Positions 1 through 12,678 are shown, counted from the first letter of the whole stretch. The stretch: DNA of 63,768 bases, filler included, from Lama guanicoe (GCA_013239625.1; 173 parts of 173 records of this genome joined end to end with filler, not necessarily neighbours in it), one strand, 5' to 3'. The notes: a model not told the origin generated them from the sequence alone. Translations and numbers: made by a program.

Positions 1-738
1 ACAAGTTTTATAGGAGCATTTATCTACTAATTATTTTTTATATTTTTTTCTTTTTAAAATATTCTTGTTTTTCAAGCTGAATTTTAAAAATTTAAATATA
101 TTAAGTATAGTTATCTTATATTCTAGACATGATATATTTGAAAAAAAATGTAGAATTAAATTCTGCTGTTTGTTAATTCTGCTTAAGTATTAATTCCTTC
201 TGTTCATTCTTTCAGAATGTAAGAAGCTTATATTCCTTCAAGTTTTATGTTTGGGCGATGTTTAAAGACNNNNNNNNNNNNNNNNNNNNNNNNNNNNNNN
301 NNNNNNNNNNNNNTTAATTAATTAANNNNNNNNNNNNNNNNNNNNNNNNNNNNNNNNNNNNNNNNNNNNGCACATTGGTGGCGAGACAGCTTGTCATGCC
401 GGGCCACAGAGGTAACAGCTGTTTTCAAGGTTTGGCCAGACTGTATATACTCCATTCCTTCCATCCCATGTTATATGGAATGCACACGGTTTAATTTAAT
501 TGCCATTTAATTACTTCAGTCCCTTTCTTAGAGGAGAAGACACGGGACCATATACTCCAGGGGAACCAGTAGTCGGAGCGTTTACTCAGTGATTTTCTTT
601 GCAGACTTGGTAGCTGTAAGGAGCTCACCCGTGTTTTCNNNNNNNNNNNNNNNNNNNNNNNNNNNNNNNNNNNNNNNNNNNNTTAATTAATTAANNNNNN
701 NNNNNNNNNNNNNNNNNNNNNNNNNNNNNNNNNNNNNN

Positions 739-1007
739 AAAGGCATCCAAACTGGAAAGGAAGAAGTAAAACTGTCTTTGTTTGCAGGTGACATGATCTT
801 AAATATAGAAAACTCTAAAGACTCCACCAAAAACTGTTAAAACTAAGCAATTAATCCAGTAAAGAAAGCTGCAGGATAGAAAATCAACAAACAAAAGTTA
901 GTTGTTTTTATATACCAACAATGAACTAGCTGAGAAAGAATTAAGAAAACAATCCCATCACAATACAATCAAAAAGAATAAAATATTTGGGAATAAATTT
1001 AACTAAG
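739..1007 (+). mobile_element. LINE-1 ORF2 fragment (RT catalytic region), degenerate
   Basis: Translates KGIQTGKEEVKLSLFAGDMILNIENSKDSTK; the L1 RT FADD motif reads FAGD and a stop follows. Confidence 0.93.
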
Positions 1008-1107
1008 NNNNNNNNNNNNNNNNNNNNNNNNNNNNNNNNNNNNNNNNNNNNTTAATTAATTAANNNNNNNNNNNNNNNNNNNNNNNNNNNNNNNNNNNNN
1101 NNNNNNN

Positions 1108-1376
1108 GCGGACGGTGGGGCCGCACGGGCGGCGCAGCGGGGCTGCCGCGGCCGGGGGGACAGGAGGGGGGCGCCGCGCACTCACCGCTCTGCTCCCACA
1201 CGAGCTCCAGCTCGGACGTCCTCCGCGGAGCCCCGGAGCCGGAGGAGCGGCGGCCGCCGCCGCCGCCCAGAGACTCCCGGACCGACGCCGCTCCGACCGG
1301 CGGATGCAGAGGCCAGAGGAAGGGCGGGCGCGGGGCTCTGTGGGCCCCCGCGGGCTGCGGCGGAGCGAGGCTGGAG
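1108..1376 (-). promoter_or_regulatory. CpG island fragment with probable first exon and splice donor on the minus strand
   Basis: Very GC/CpG-rich with a (GCC)n run; minus strand reads GCG|GTGAGT at 1186/1185. Confidence 0.7.
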
Positions 1377-1476
1377 NNNNNNNNNNNNNNNNNNNNNNNN
1401 NNNNNNNNNNNNNNNNNNNNTTAATTAATTAANNNNNNNNNNNNNNNNNNNNNNNNNNNNNNNNNNNNNNNNNNNN

Positions 1477-1556
1477 GATTCCCAGATTTTGTGCAGAAAA
1501 GCAAAGATGCAGCCTTTGAAACACTTTCTGACCCAAAATACAGTGGAAAAATGAAG
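1477..1556 (+). CDS. Candidate internal coding exon (3' part), gene unidentified
   Basis: Only one open frame, [26 protein letters not shown], ending at a perfect donor AAG|GTAAGT (1556/1557); the other two frames have stops. Confidence 0.55.
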
Positions 1557-1845
1557 GTAAGTATTCTTTTTTCAGGTTGCATGTACGTAAGAATGATGTA
1601 CAGTATGTTTATCAGATGGCACGACAGAGATACCAATTAATCAGAATGGATGCCTGATCATTCAGCAGAGAGAGTGACCAAAGACAAGGCATGTGGTTCT
1701 GCCAGCATTTACTAGCTCACTGCGAACCCTGCGTGTGGTAGGTTCNNNNNNNNNNNNNNNNNNNNNNNNNNNNNNNNNNNNNNNNNNNNTTAATTAATTA
1801 ANNNNNNNNNNNNNNNNNNNNNNNNNNNNNNNNNNNNNNNNNNNN

Positions 1846-2114
1846 ATAAACAGACTAAGTAAGAAAGAAAATATATGATCTCCATAGATGCAGGGAAAAT
1901 AGTCACTGACATTTAGCTTCCATTTATGATTTAAAAGATCATCAAATTAGAGATGAATTGGAACTTTCTGCACCCCACAAAGGCTATCTACAGCATGTCT
2001 TCAGCTAACATTATACTTCATAATGAAAGACAGATGTTTTTAAGATCAAATGCAAGGGAAAGATGTCTTCTCTTACATTCCTATTCAATATTGTATCAGA
2101 AATCCTAGACAGTG
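1846..2114 (+). mobile_element. Old LINE-1 (L1M) ORF2 fragment
   Basis: Degenerate match to the L1 ORF2 MIISIDAEKAFDKIQ region (atatgatctccatagatgcag ... ctattcaatattgta). Confidence 0.8.
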
Positions 2115-2952
2115 NNNNNNNNNNNNNNNNNNNNNNNNNNNNNNNNNNNNNNNNNNNNTTAATTAATTAANNNNNNNNNNNNNNNNNNNNNNNNNNNNNN
2201 NNNNNNNNNNNNNNGAAAATGCTTCCCGAAATGTATACTGTCTACAAATGATCACCTCACATCGCAGTCCAGCTGGTGGTTTAGATAAAGCTCTGACCTC
2301 AGCCTTAAAATAGCAGTCAGTGAACCAAGCACAGATAGTATAAAATAAAACCATTTGTCAGCAGACTGATCCCATCAGCATGGTCAATTACAGGAAAAAA
2401 ACAAAGAACTGAGCAAGAAAGAAGCCAGGGTCCTTAAACTATTCCAGCTCCTCAAGTGTCCATTTGCCTCTGTGCACCAGTGTNNNNNNNNNNNNNNNNN
2501 NNNNNNNNNNNNNNNNNNNNNNNNNNNTTAATTAATTAANNNNNNNNNNNNNNNNNNNNNNNNNNNNNNNNNNNNNNNNNNNNCATCACAGCCCAGGTCC
2601 AGGAGCTGGAGCTTTGAGAACCCAGAGTCCTGTTGGCACCTACTGTGTGCCAAACTCCATGCACGCCCCTCTGTGGCATCGGGGGTGCCAAGATCCCACC
2701 TCACCGTGTCTCCATCCTGTCAGAAGAGAAAGCCCAACCTGGGTGACAGGGGCAGACCACATGGTGGGGGGGAGGTCAGGAGAAGCTCCGTGCTCCAGTG
2801 GGCGTGGAGAGGGACGGGCTTGCTGGAGGGGGGCAAGGGGGAGGGTGTCCGGNNNNNNNNNNNNNNNNNNNNNNNNNNNNNNNNNNNNNNNNNNNNTTAA
2901 TTAATTAANNNNNNNNNNNNNNNNNNNNNNNNNNNNNNNNNNNNNNNNNNNN

Positions 2953-3155
2953 AATACCGCCCGATTACCTCACCACCAACTAATCAGAAGAGCGACCCTC
3001 TTCCATCATCAGAGAGTTCAGCTCTTTAGAGCATTAGTTTCCCACGCTCCTTGGTTGGCCTTGCAATAAACGTGGCACTTTCCTTCACAACAACCCAGCG
3101 TCAGTAGATTGGCCATACTGTGCAGGCAAGTGGATCCAAATTTGGTTTGATAACA
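2953..3155 (+). mobile_element. ERV1-type LTR, 3' end
   Basis: ttgcAATAAAcgtggcactttccttcacaacaaccc ... ending in TAACA at 3151-3155, typical LTR R/U5 terminus. Confidence 0.7.
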
Positions 3156-3321
3156 CTGGGACTCAGTAGAGCTGGGACTTGCAGTCCAGGGCTGATCGTT
3201 TTAAGGGAAGACAATTTAAAANNNNNNNNNNNNNNNNNNNNNNNNNNNNNNNNNNNNNNNNNNNNTTAATTAATTAANNNNNNNNNNNNNNNNNNNNNNN
3301 NNNNNNNNNNNNNNNNNNNNN

Positions 3322-3589
3322 GGATTTCTCAAAGTTCTGGAGGCTGGAAGTCTGAGATCAAGGTGTAAGCATGGTTGGGTGAATGCTTTTTTCCAGACTG
3401 CAGACTTTTATTTGTATCCTCATGTGGCAGAAGGAACTAGGAATCTTTGAGGGATCTTGTTTAGAAGAGCACTAATTCCATTCATGAGGGGTCCTTCCTC
3501 ATGTTGTAACCATCTTTCAGAGGACCCACCTACTAATACTATCACCTTTGGGGATTAGGAATTCCACATATGGATTCTGAGGAGACACA
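3322..3589 (-). mobile_element. MLT1A-type MaLR LTR
   Basis: agttctggaggctggaagtctgagatcaagg ... cactaattccattcatgagg ... atcacctttggggattagg match the reverse of the MLT1A consensus. Confidence 0.88.
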
Positions 3590-4058
3590 NNNNNNNNNNN
3601 NNNNNNNNNNNNNNNNNNNNNNNNNNNNNNNNNTTAATTAATTAANNNNNNNNNNNNNNNNNNNNNNNNNNNNNNNNNNNNNNNNNNNNATACTCCGTAT
3701 TCTTCTCTGCTTGTTACTACATTGTAAGGTCCTGGAGCCACTGTCGCCCTGGCAAAACCATTACGTTCTGTTCAACATCATTCATGAGCTGATTCTTTTT
3801 TAGTTTATTGAAAAACTTCAGGAACTAGAAAACATAAGGAAAGTTTTTGTGGGTTTTTTCCAAAAGGAATGATAAGCAATTATAGGTTACCTTTTTATTT
3901 AAATCTAGCTATTCCATCATTCTCTTTGGTAATTACTTGGGATGGCATATTATTTATANNNNNNNNNNNNNNNNNNNNNNNNNNNNNNNNNNNNNNNNNN
4001 NNTTAATTAATTAANNNNNNNNNNNNNNNNNNNNNNNNNNNNNNNNNNNNNNNNNNNN

Positions 4059-4327
4059 TAGATTGTACAGCTGAGGCGTAAAGTTGTTTGTTGTGTGCTA
4101 TGTTTGGAATAAGTTTGTCTTACTGTTTCTCTACTAAGAACTCCTTTTACGTGTGGTTTGTTACCTTAGCACTTTTTACAACAAAACTATACTTGAGCAG
4201 TTCCAAACTGTACATACAGTATGAAGCTTCTCCTGTCAACAGGTTTCTAATTTCTACGTGGAATTTCATATCTTACAGTGTCCTGTAAATAAAGATTAAA
4301 TTCCACCCTTTTCTTTAAAAAAAAAAA
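4059..4327 (+). other. 3'UTR-like end with poly(A) signal and A-run (possible retrocopy tail)
   Basis: AATAAA 4288-4293 and ATTAAA 4295-4300 followed by A11 at 4317-4327. Confidence 0.45.
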
Positions 4328-5165
4328 NNNNNNNNNNNNNNNNNNNNNNNNNNNNNNNNNNNNNNNNNNNNTTAATTAATTAANNNNNNNNNNNNNNNNN
4401 NNNNNNNNNNNNNNNNNNNNNNNNNNNTTTCTTATCTTATATTGCTTTAAGATAAATTTTTATGAATGAAATAGATCATTTCAATGATATATGACTAACT
4501 AGAGTGAGTGATGCTTTGGGAGAGGGTAAGAAAGTGCTTTCCCTGTTCTCTACAAGTGATACATGCAAATAAATGCCTTCCTAGTAGCCAGGTATGCTGG
4601 ACCTCGTGCTCAAAGGTAACCAGGCTGAGCCTAAGAAGACTGAGGTTTGAAAAACAAACCATGAAGGAGAGGAATCTTAAGAAAGAAAGGAAAGAANNNN
4701 NNNNNNNNNNNNNNNNNNNNNNNNNNNNNNNNNNNNNNNNTTAATTAATTAANNNNNNNNNNNNNNNNNNNNNNNNNNNNNNNNNNNNNNNNNNNNTTGC
4801 ACTATAACCACCTTCCACCTGACTTTCCACTGGATCTCTGAGTCTGAGTGGGGAGGAATGTGTTACCTTGTCGTTATGTGGCTAAATTGTTTATTCTCAT
4901 AAAACATTGAGCGCAGTCAATGTTTGACAGACAGTGTGCCATTGCACCTCACCATCATCATCTCCATCAGAGAGCTGAATTGGCTTTTTGTGCCAAGATG
5001 GATAAAGGGCTTTTAAAAGTGGCTGGGGTGGGAAGAGGGGGACCAAGTCAGGAAGCTGCCTCTCTNNNNNNNNNNNNNNNNNNNNNNNNNNNNNNNNNNN
5101 NNNNNNNNNTTAATTAATTAANNNNNNNNNNNNNNNNNNNNNNNNNNNNNNNNNNNNNNNNNNNN

Positions 5166-5434
5166 AAAGCTGTCAGCTGACTTTTCGGCAGAAATCCTGC
5201 AGGCCAGAAGGGAGTTGCCCAATATATTTGAAATGATGAAAGATAATCTATAACCAAGAAAGCTCTACCTGGCAAATGCTTTCATTCAGATTTGGTAAAG
5301 AGATCAGAAGCTTTACAGACAAGCAAAGGCTCAAAGAGTTCAACACCACCAAACCAGCTTTAAAGAAGTGTTAAAGAGGCTTCCTTAAGTGAAAAAAGGC
5401 CACAAGTAGAAACACAAAAATTACAACAGGAAAA
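5166..5434 (+). mobile_element. LINE-1 ORF1 C-terminal fragment
   Basis: LSADFSAEILQARRE ... EIRSFTDKQRLKEFNTTKPAL; frameshifted. Confidence 0.9.
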
Positions 5435-5903
5435 NNNNNNNNNNNNNNNNNNNNNNNNNNNNNNNNNNNNNNNNNNNNTTAATTAATTAANNNNNNNNNN
5501 NNNNNNNNNNNNNNNNNNNNNNNNNNNNNNNNNNGCACAAAGTGTTTAGAGCCAATAAACTTATTAATTGGCCCAGAATGCAAAATATTTCACCTTCATC
5601 CAGAGCCAAATCTTAGATGAGAAAAAGATTTGCGAAAACCACACCAGCTTAACTCTGAGAAGCCACCCCAATTTTGTATCTCAGACAGTAGCAGCCAAAC
5701 CAAGTTCAAACTTTAAGAATAACCAGCTCATCACAAAACTCGGGGCAGGGGGTGGGGGTGGGGTGTGATGTGGAAGGTTATAGTTTTCAACTTATAAAAC
5801 CAANNNNNNNNNNNNNNNNNNNNNNNNNNNNNNNNNNNNNNNNNNNNTTAATTAATTAANNNNNNNNNNNNNNNNNNNNNNNNNNNNNNNNNNNNNNNNN
5901 NNN

Positions 5904-6050
5904 TGCAGCCAGTGGAGTGCTGTTTTCAAAAGCATCCCTGATGAAATCCCTCAAAGGTTTCCCATTGACCTTGGAGTAAAGTCCCAAATTTCCAGGTCCT
6001 TTACATGACCTATAAGGTCCTAAATACTCAGGTCCCCACCTATGCCACGG
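5904..6050 (+). mobile_element. L2 fragment
   Basis: tgcagccag ... ttcccattgaccttggagtaaagtcccaaa ... acatgacctataaggtcc resembles the L2 3' region. Confidence 0.65.
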
Positions 6051-7453
6051 GCTTCCTCCTCAAATGCCGTTTTATAATCTCCATAAGCTTCATTTGATTT
6101 TTTTTCCACTATAAGGGTTAACTGGGAAGGTTCTTTCTCCCTACTCCCGACAAGGCCAGTAAGTGCTGCTCGNNNNNNNNNNNNNNNNNNNNNNNNNNNN
6201 NNNNNNNNNNNNNNNNTTAATTAATTAANNNNNNNNNNNNNNNNNNNNNNNNNNNNNNNNNNNNNNNNNNNNTTTCACTGTTTAGTGTATCTACTGCTAT
6301 TACACAAGATGATATTGAAATCTTTTCTGAGCAGAAACCGTCTATTCTGACATGTGTACTATATACAGCTTCATGATAATTCTTACTGCCCGTGCCTGCC
6401 AGTAAGGTAAGTCCTGCTCATGAGGTTAGACGCTGCCTTCATGGAATTATTGAAAAGGCATCCTGAGACCTTACTGACCTCGAACGAAAGGATCCTCCTC
6501 TACGCTCATCTACACGGGTCCCTGTTATTAAAGAGGATGTANNNNNNNNNNNNNNNNNNNNNNNNNNNNNNNNNNNNNNNNNNNNTTAATTAATTAANNN
6601 NNNNNNNNNNNNNNNNNNNNNNNNNNNNNNNNNNNNNNNNNTATAAGGATATGTCACATAAGTAAATAACATGGGACATGGCAATATTGTAATTAACCAA
6701 TAAGAACTTTAAAATAACCATGAGTAATATAGAATATTAGGGGAAAATAAAAACTGCCAAGTAATCAAGAGAAATTGTGAAACATATAAAAACTGAAAGA
6801 AGCCAATACATAGTTTTAACATTAGTTTAGACACACCTAGATAGAGGAATGGTAAGCTATAAATAGGAAAAAAATAACCTCAGTGGAAAGATTCTCAATG
6901 TCCCAGAACCNNNNNNNNNNNNNNNNNNNNNNNNNNNNNNNNNNNNNNNNNNNNTTAATTAATTAANNNNNNNNNNNNNNNNNNNNNNNNNNNNNNNNNN
7001 NNNNNNNNNNGCTATAATGAGATTCACTTGTACTTTATAATGGTGTTAGCCGTTCACCAGTAAATTCAACATTTATCAGTTTCTTTAAGCATGTACTTTC
7101 TTGATTACAAAAGGGTGAAGTCTATTAAAAATGTGAGAATAGAGACATGCTTTCTTAAATGCAATACAGTAGGTATGGCATAATTTGATTTGGTTTAATA
7201 AAACTTTTCATTTATCTGTCTGGATTACTCACATTTTTCTTTTTCCTTCATTTTTCTTTTCCTTCACCTGATTTTATCANNNNNNNNNNNNNNNNNNNNN
7301 NNNNNNNNNNNNNNNNNNNNNNNTTAATTAATTAANNNNNNNNNNNNNNNNNNNNNNNNNNNNNNNNNNNNNNNNNNNNTGATGGCCCCGTGAGTGAGGC
7401 TGGAGGTGATACGCAGGGCAGTCATGCAGAAGAAAGAATCCAAGTGGTTAGAG

Positions 7454-7648
7454 CAGCAGCGTCCAACAGACACAGCACATGAGCTGCAGAACTAATTTCA
7501 GATTTTAAAAGTGTTAAGTAAAATGTAAAGAGTAAAGAGAAATAGGTGAAAATGATTTTAATAATTTTATTTCACTTGATATTGAACACGTTATCATTTC
7601 AACAGGTTATTAATCTAGGAATTATTAATGAGATGGATTACATTTTTT
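7454..7648. mobile_element. MER33-like hAT-Charlie DNA transposon
   Basis: cagcgtccaacaga ... aaataggtgaaaatgattttaataa ... attattaatgagat. Confidence 0.7.
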
Positions 7649-8486
7649 NNNNNNNNNNNNNNNNNNNNNNNNNNNNNNNNNNNNNNNNNNNNTTAATTAA
7701 TTAANNNNNNNNNNNNNNNNNNNNNNNNNNNNNNNNNNNNNNNNNNNNCCAAAAATACACAGCCACTGGCTAGCAGATGCGGGATTCCCACCCTCAAATC
7801 TGATGACCATCACTCTCCTTTCACTCACGGCCCCCGGCACAATGCAGGCAGATGCCAGGGTGGAACAGGGGCCACACCTTCCCTCACCGCCATCCCTCCG
7901 CACATGCGCACAGACATACTCACGGCTCCTCCCTTCCTCTCCATGTCTCTATTCCCAACTTGGAGACGTAATCAGGGTGAGCACTGGGTGGTGGCACCAA
8001 GACAGGACATTTTTCTGNNNNNNNNNNNNNNNNNNNNNNNNNNNNNNNNNNNNNNNNNNNNTTAATTAATTAANNNNNNNNNNNNNNNNNNNNNNNNNNN
8101 NNNNNNNNNNNNNNNNNTGAGGGTTCAGTCTGGCAGTGGAAGCATCCTTGCTTTGAGTAAAATCAAGATGCTTCACAAAACTAAACAAAGATTTCTCTTC
8201 AACCTGGACTGTATTTATATCCAGAGCTCTCCCTTCAGGTATTTATTAATTTACTCCATAGTTTTCATTCTCTCCACAAATATTCCAGTAGGACTAATGT
8301 GCCAGTCCCTGAATTTCAAAGGAAAAGGGTGAAGGGATGTTTTTCTGAATCTGGGTTCTTCTCTTGGGTCAGTTTTGAGTTGAAAGNNNNNNNNNNNNNN
8401 NNNNNNNNNNNNNNNNNNNNNNNNNNNNNNTTAATTAATTAANNNNNNNNNNNNNNNNNNNNNNNNNNNNNNNNNNNNNNNNNNNN

Positions 8487-8755
8487 CCTCCACAAACTCA
8501 CAAGTCCATCTTGTCAACTCAGGAGGTCCAAAGGGGTGTGTCCAGGTCCCCCGCCTGGGCCGGACAGCCTCGCGGCCGTGAGCCAGGGCCACCTCGCAGC
8601 TTCTCTCCCTCAGGGATCAGTGCCCTGCACTGCCCGTGGGCCAGCGTCTGAAAATCGTCGTTTCCTCTGCTTCATCTGCTTTTCTGGCTGTTTAATTTAG
8701 GTGGGGAAACCTGATTCTCCTTACTCCTTCACAGCTGAAAGCAAAATCCTTTTCA
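8487..8755 (-). mobile_element. Ancient L1MC/L1ME-type 5' end
   Basis: ctctccctcagggatcagtgccctgcactgcc ... tctgaaaatcgtcgtttc; a related family appears at 22508-22776. Confidence 0.55.
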
Positions 8756-9715
8756 NNNNNNNNNNNNNNNNNNNNNNNNNNNNNNNNNNNNNNNNNNNNT
8801 TAATTAATTAANNNNNNNNNNNNNNNNNNNNNNNNNNNNNNNNNNNNNNNNNNNNGCAACTCAGTCTCCCCCTGGTACTTCGGGGGCCCACTGGATAAGC
8901 AATGTGGATTATGTGCAACTTGCTGGCTGTGCTAGAGGAAATATGGAGACCTTAACATACCCGTCCAGTTGGAAGAAAAGATTTTATCTTCTGGCCACAT
9001 ACCATTAATCCTCATGTTAGAAGTCACAAGTAGTGGCAGGTCATGCAGGGGACACCAGTCCAAAACACTGACAGTCCCATGTTTGCAGTGAAGAACCCCT
9101 CCATCAAGCTTTCTTCCTTCCTACNNNNNNNNNNNNNNNNNNNNNNNNNNNNNNNNNNNNNNNNNNNNTTAATTAATTAANNNNNNNNNNNNNNNNNNNN
9201 NNNNNNNNNNNNNNNNNNNNNNNNGAGTAATTCCCATTTCCCCAGTAATCCCTGCCGTCTGCTCCGCGAGGAGAATCAGACACTGATTCATGTTGAAAAG
9301 AGAGAAATGAGGTGACATATGAAAAATTCCAAGTCAAAGCATCACGATACAGCATCTGGCAGAAACTGGAAAACCTTCAACACTGCCAAACGAACTGTCG
9401 GGGATAAAAGCCAAGACAAGAAAACCACGTTTTCCAACAAGCCTCAGCCTAACCCAAGGGCCACAAATCGCCACTGCCGCCGCCACTCCCTCANNNNNNN
9501 NNNNNNNNNNNNNNNNNNNNNNNNNNNNNNNNNNNNNTTAATTAATTAANNNNNNNNNNNNNNNNNNNNNNNNNNNNNNNNNNNNNNNNNNNNCTCAAAG
9601 GCATCAGCTCCTCAGACCACCCGAGGTGGATGTGTAACCAGCTTCTCCATTTCTTTTAAGAAAGTAGTCTGTTCAAAGTTAATGTCCTTTTGAGATTCAA
9701 TTTTGGATCCATGAA

Positions 9716-9846
9716 TTTTTTTATGGGGGGGGAGATAATTAGGTTTATTCATTTAATTTTATTTTTAGAGGAGGTACTGGGAATTGGACCCAGGACCTCG
9801 TGCATCCTAAACATGTGTTCTATCACTTGAGCTATCCCCTCCCCTC
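9716..9846 (-). mobile_element. Vic-1-type camelid tRNA-derived SINE, full length
   Basis: Minus strand GGGGAGGGGATAGCTCAAGTGATAGA (A box) ... GGGTCCAATTCCCAG (B box) ... AATAAACCTAATTATCTCCCCCCCC plus A-tail; flanked by gagattcaattttgga / gagactcaattttgta. Confidence 0.88.
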
Positions 9847-10364
9847 GAGACTCAATTTTGTANNNNNNNNNNNNNNNNNNNNNNNNNNNNNNNNNNNNNN
9901 NNNNNNTTAATTAATTAANNNNNNNNNNNNNNNNNNNNNNNNNNNNNNNNNNNNNNNNNNNNTTCTTTCTTCTGCTTCCTAATGTTAGACAGTAGAGAAA
10001 ATTAACAGCATCCTGATATGTACTCCTAGTGAGAGGTCAAAAAGTAATGTACACTGAAGTTTTTTATTTAACACTCACATTTAACCAAAAATGCCAAAGC
10101 ACCTTACTATACTCTTCGCTATAGCCTTTCTGTGGAAGGCAAAACTACCTCTAATCTCACAGAAATACACGTGCTTGGCATGCAGTCCAGGTTTACCAGT
10201 CACCGTGGAGTAGATCCCAAAATGGCAGTATNNNNNNNNNNNNNNNNNNNNNNNNNNNNNNNNNNNNNNNNNNNNTTAATTAATTAANNNNNNNNNNNNN
10301 NNNNNNNNNNNNNNNNNNNNNNNNNNNNNNNAAAAAAAAATGGATGTACGTAGTGGGCCTTCCT

Positions 10365-10574
10365 TCTTCCTCCTATAAGGGCCGTGTGATTACAGTAGGC
10401 GCACGTGGATATTTCGGGCCTTTTCCCCGCGGCCCTGCAAACCGCCCGCCCCCCCTCCCCAATTTCAAAACCTGAATGACGTACAGTCTGTTTTGCTAGA
10501 GTGAGGTAACATATTAACAGGTTTCAGAGGTTAGGACGCGGACATTTTGGTGGGTGAGTATTCAGCCTACCGCA
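10365..10574 (-). mobile_element. MLT1C/D-type MaLR LTR, 5' part
   Basis: aggtaacatattaacaggtttcagaggttaggacgcggacattttgg ... tattcagcctaccgca matches the reverse of the MLT1 start. Confidence 0.75.
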
Positions 10575-11438
10575 TCAGCAAAGGCCGGAGATGTGTTTGT
10601 NNNNNNNNNNNNNNNNNNNNNNNNNNNNNNNNNNNNNNNNNNNNTTAATTAATTAANNNNNNNNNNNNNNNNNNNNNNNNNNNNNNNNNNNNNNNNNNNN
10701 ATTTAAACACCATGGGTTACATATTTTAGCTGAGATGAAAGATGAGAAGGGCACGATCAATATTCTGGATAACTGTTGATTAGGAGTTGTGTTCCTGGTA
10801 ATTATTTTCCTGAATGGTCAGGAAAATGCTATTCCCCTGGAGAAATCTGCTCGAGAGCTATTTCTCCTAGTACCTTTATTGATACTATAAAATAAGAAGT
10901 ATGGGATATAAAAATGAGAAAATCATTACTTAATCTCGGAGGTTTTTTGTTTCTTCTTCTTTTTTTTTTNNNNNNNNNNNNNNNNNNNNNNNNNNNNNNN
11001 NNNNNNNNNNNNNTTAATTAATTAANNNNNNNNNNNNNNNNNNNNNNNNNNNNNNNNNNNNNNNNNNNNTCCAGGCTCCTTATCCCAGCCTGTCTTGTCC
11101 ACACGTAGTCTGAATGCTGCCTGTACCACACTCTCCTGGTCACTCTCCTCCAGTCCTGCCAAACTGCCCTCAGATTCTTGAACAGGCCACAATCACTGCA
11201 CTTCATGTGTGGCCCCTAGAAATAACCGTTACTTTCTGAGCATGGCTGTGCTTTAATAAAACGGGCTGCATTGTCACTAGAGAAGACAATGTGGAGGCTC
11301 CTTTAAAAACTGAAAATGGACTTAACTCATGATCCAGCNNNNNNNNNNNNNNNNNNNNNNNNNNNNNNNNNNNNNNNNNNNNTTAATTAATTAANNNNNN
11401 NNNNNNNNNNNNNNNNNNNNNNNNNNNNNNNNNNNNNN

Positions 11439-11707
11439 ATCATTCCAAGTGAAGTCAGCCAGAAAGAGAAACAAAAATACCATAGGAAAGCACTTACATG
11501 GAGTCTAAAAAATGAGACAAATGAACTTATTTACAAAACAGACAGACCCACAGACATCTTAAACAAACTTACAGTTAGTAGGGGAGAAAGGGGTGGTAGG
11601 GAGATAACTAGGGAGTTCAGATTTGCAGATACTGCTATATATAAAATAAACAACAAGGTTTACTGTATAACGCAGGGAACTATAGTCAATACCTTGTAAT
11701 GGTCTAT
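11439..11707 (+). mobile_element. LINE-1 3'UTR (cetartiodactyl/camelid type)
   Basis: aagtgaagtcagccagaaagagaaa ... acaaatgaacttatttacaaaacag ... cagggaactatagtcaatacc. Confidence 0.88.
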
Positions 11708-11807
11708 NNNNNNNNNNNNNNNNNNNNNNNNNNNNNNNNNNNNNNNNNNNNTTAATTAATTAANNNNNNNNNNNNNNNNNNNNNNNNNNNNNNNNNNNNN
11801 NNNNNNN

Positions 11808-12076
11808 GCCGGTGAGCCCCTTCGGACGGGACCCACTCGGCATCGCGGACTGAGGTCAGTCAGTGGCCGGTGTCCTAATGTATATCTAGAAAGGCGGGCG
11901 GCAGGCCGGGCCGCCGCGGGGAGGGCCGCCGCCGGAGGAGGGCGGCCGGGGGGCGGACCCGAGGCGGGGCGGCCGCCGCCGCAATCGCCTGCAGCCGCTT
12001 GCAGCCGCGCTCCGGAAGGCGGGCGGCGGTGCATGGCCCCGACGGGAGGTGCGCGGCCCGCACCCGGAGCCCCGCG
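11808..12076. promoter_or_regulatory. CpG island fragment
   Basis: Very high GC and CpG density with GC boxes. Confidence 0.75.
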
Positions 12077-12545
12077 NNNNNNNNNNNNNNNNNNNNNNNN
12101 NNNNNNNNNNNNNNNNNNNNTTAATTAATTAANNNNNNNNNNNNNNNNNNNNNNNNNNNNNNNNNNNNNNNNNNNNTGTCTTTCCAATTTTGCATTCCAC
12201 TGTGACATCTGGAGGGTTTGATAGTGAAAACAAACAGGCAATTTTTTGACTAAGATTGGTGAATTCTGTCAGAAGGTATCAGAACACCAGTATCCACCAA
12301 GGTGGGGTTCAACAAGACTGACAAAAGCCAGGAATAGCTCCATTCCTCCAAGGGGCCTGAGAAACCAGGAAAACTACCCAATCAGTTCTCAGAAACAGAG
12401 CTTTGTGCCAAAGCCCATTTGTCAAAATAAGAGCATGGATCAAGGNNNNNNNNNNNNNNNNNNNNNNNNNNNNNNNNNNNNNNNNNNNNTTAATTAATTA
12501 ANNNNNNNNNNNNNNNNNNNNNNNNNNNNNNNNNNNNNNNNNNNN

Positions 12546-12678
12546 GGAGCCCGTTTGTACCAGTACAAAGTATACCTCGATGCCATGGTTTCATACGTGC
12601 AGTGCATGGTCACAGCTTGTCCTTCCTGTGCTGTTTCTGTGGCCTGAGTTTGGGTTACTTTCGCAGCCATCCCGGATC
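12546..12678 (-). CDS. T-cell receptor alpha/delta variable (TRAV/TRDV; TRAV33/TRDV1-like) V-exon, 5' part
   Basis: Acceptor ttctcctttttccatag| at 12679, then [44 protein letters not shown] with the first conserved Cys and the Trp of the Ig V fold. Confidence 0.9.

Noticed and set aside
4902..4925. 9-bp hairpin aaacattga-gcgcag-tcaatgttt
   Set aside because: One or two such stems are expected by chance in ~46 kb; no other support.
9716..9846. tRNA gene
   Set aside because: The tRNA-like head carries a SINE tail, A-run and TSD; it is a SINE.
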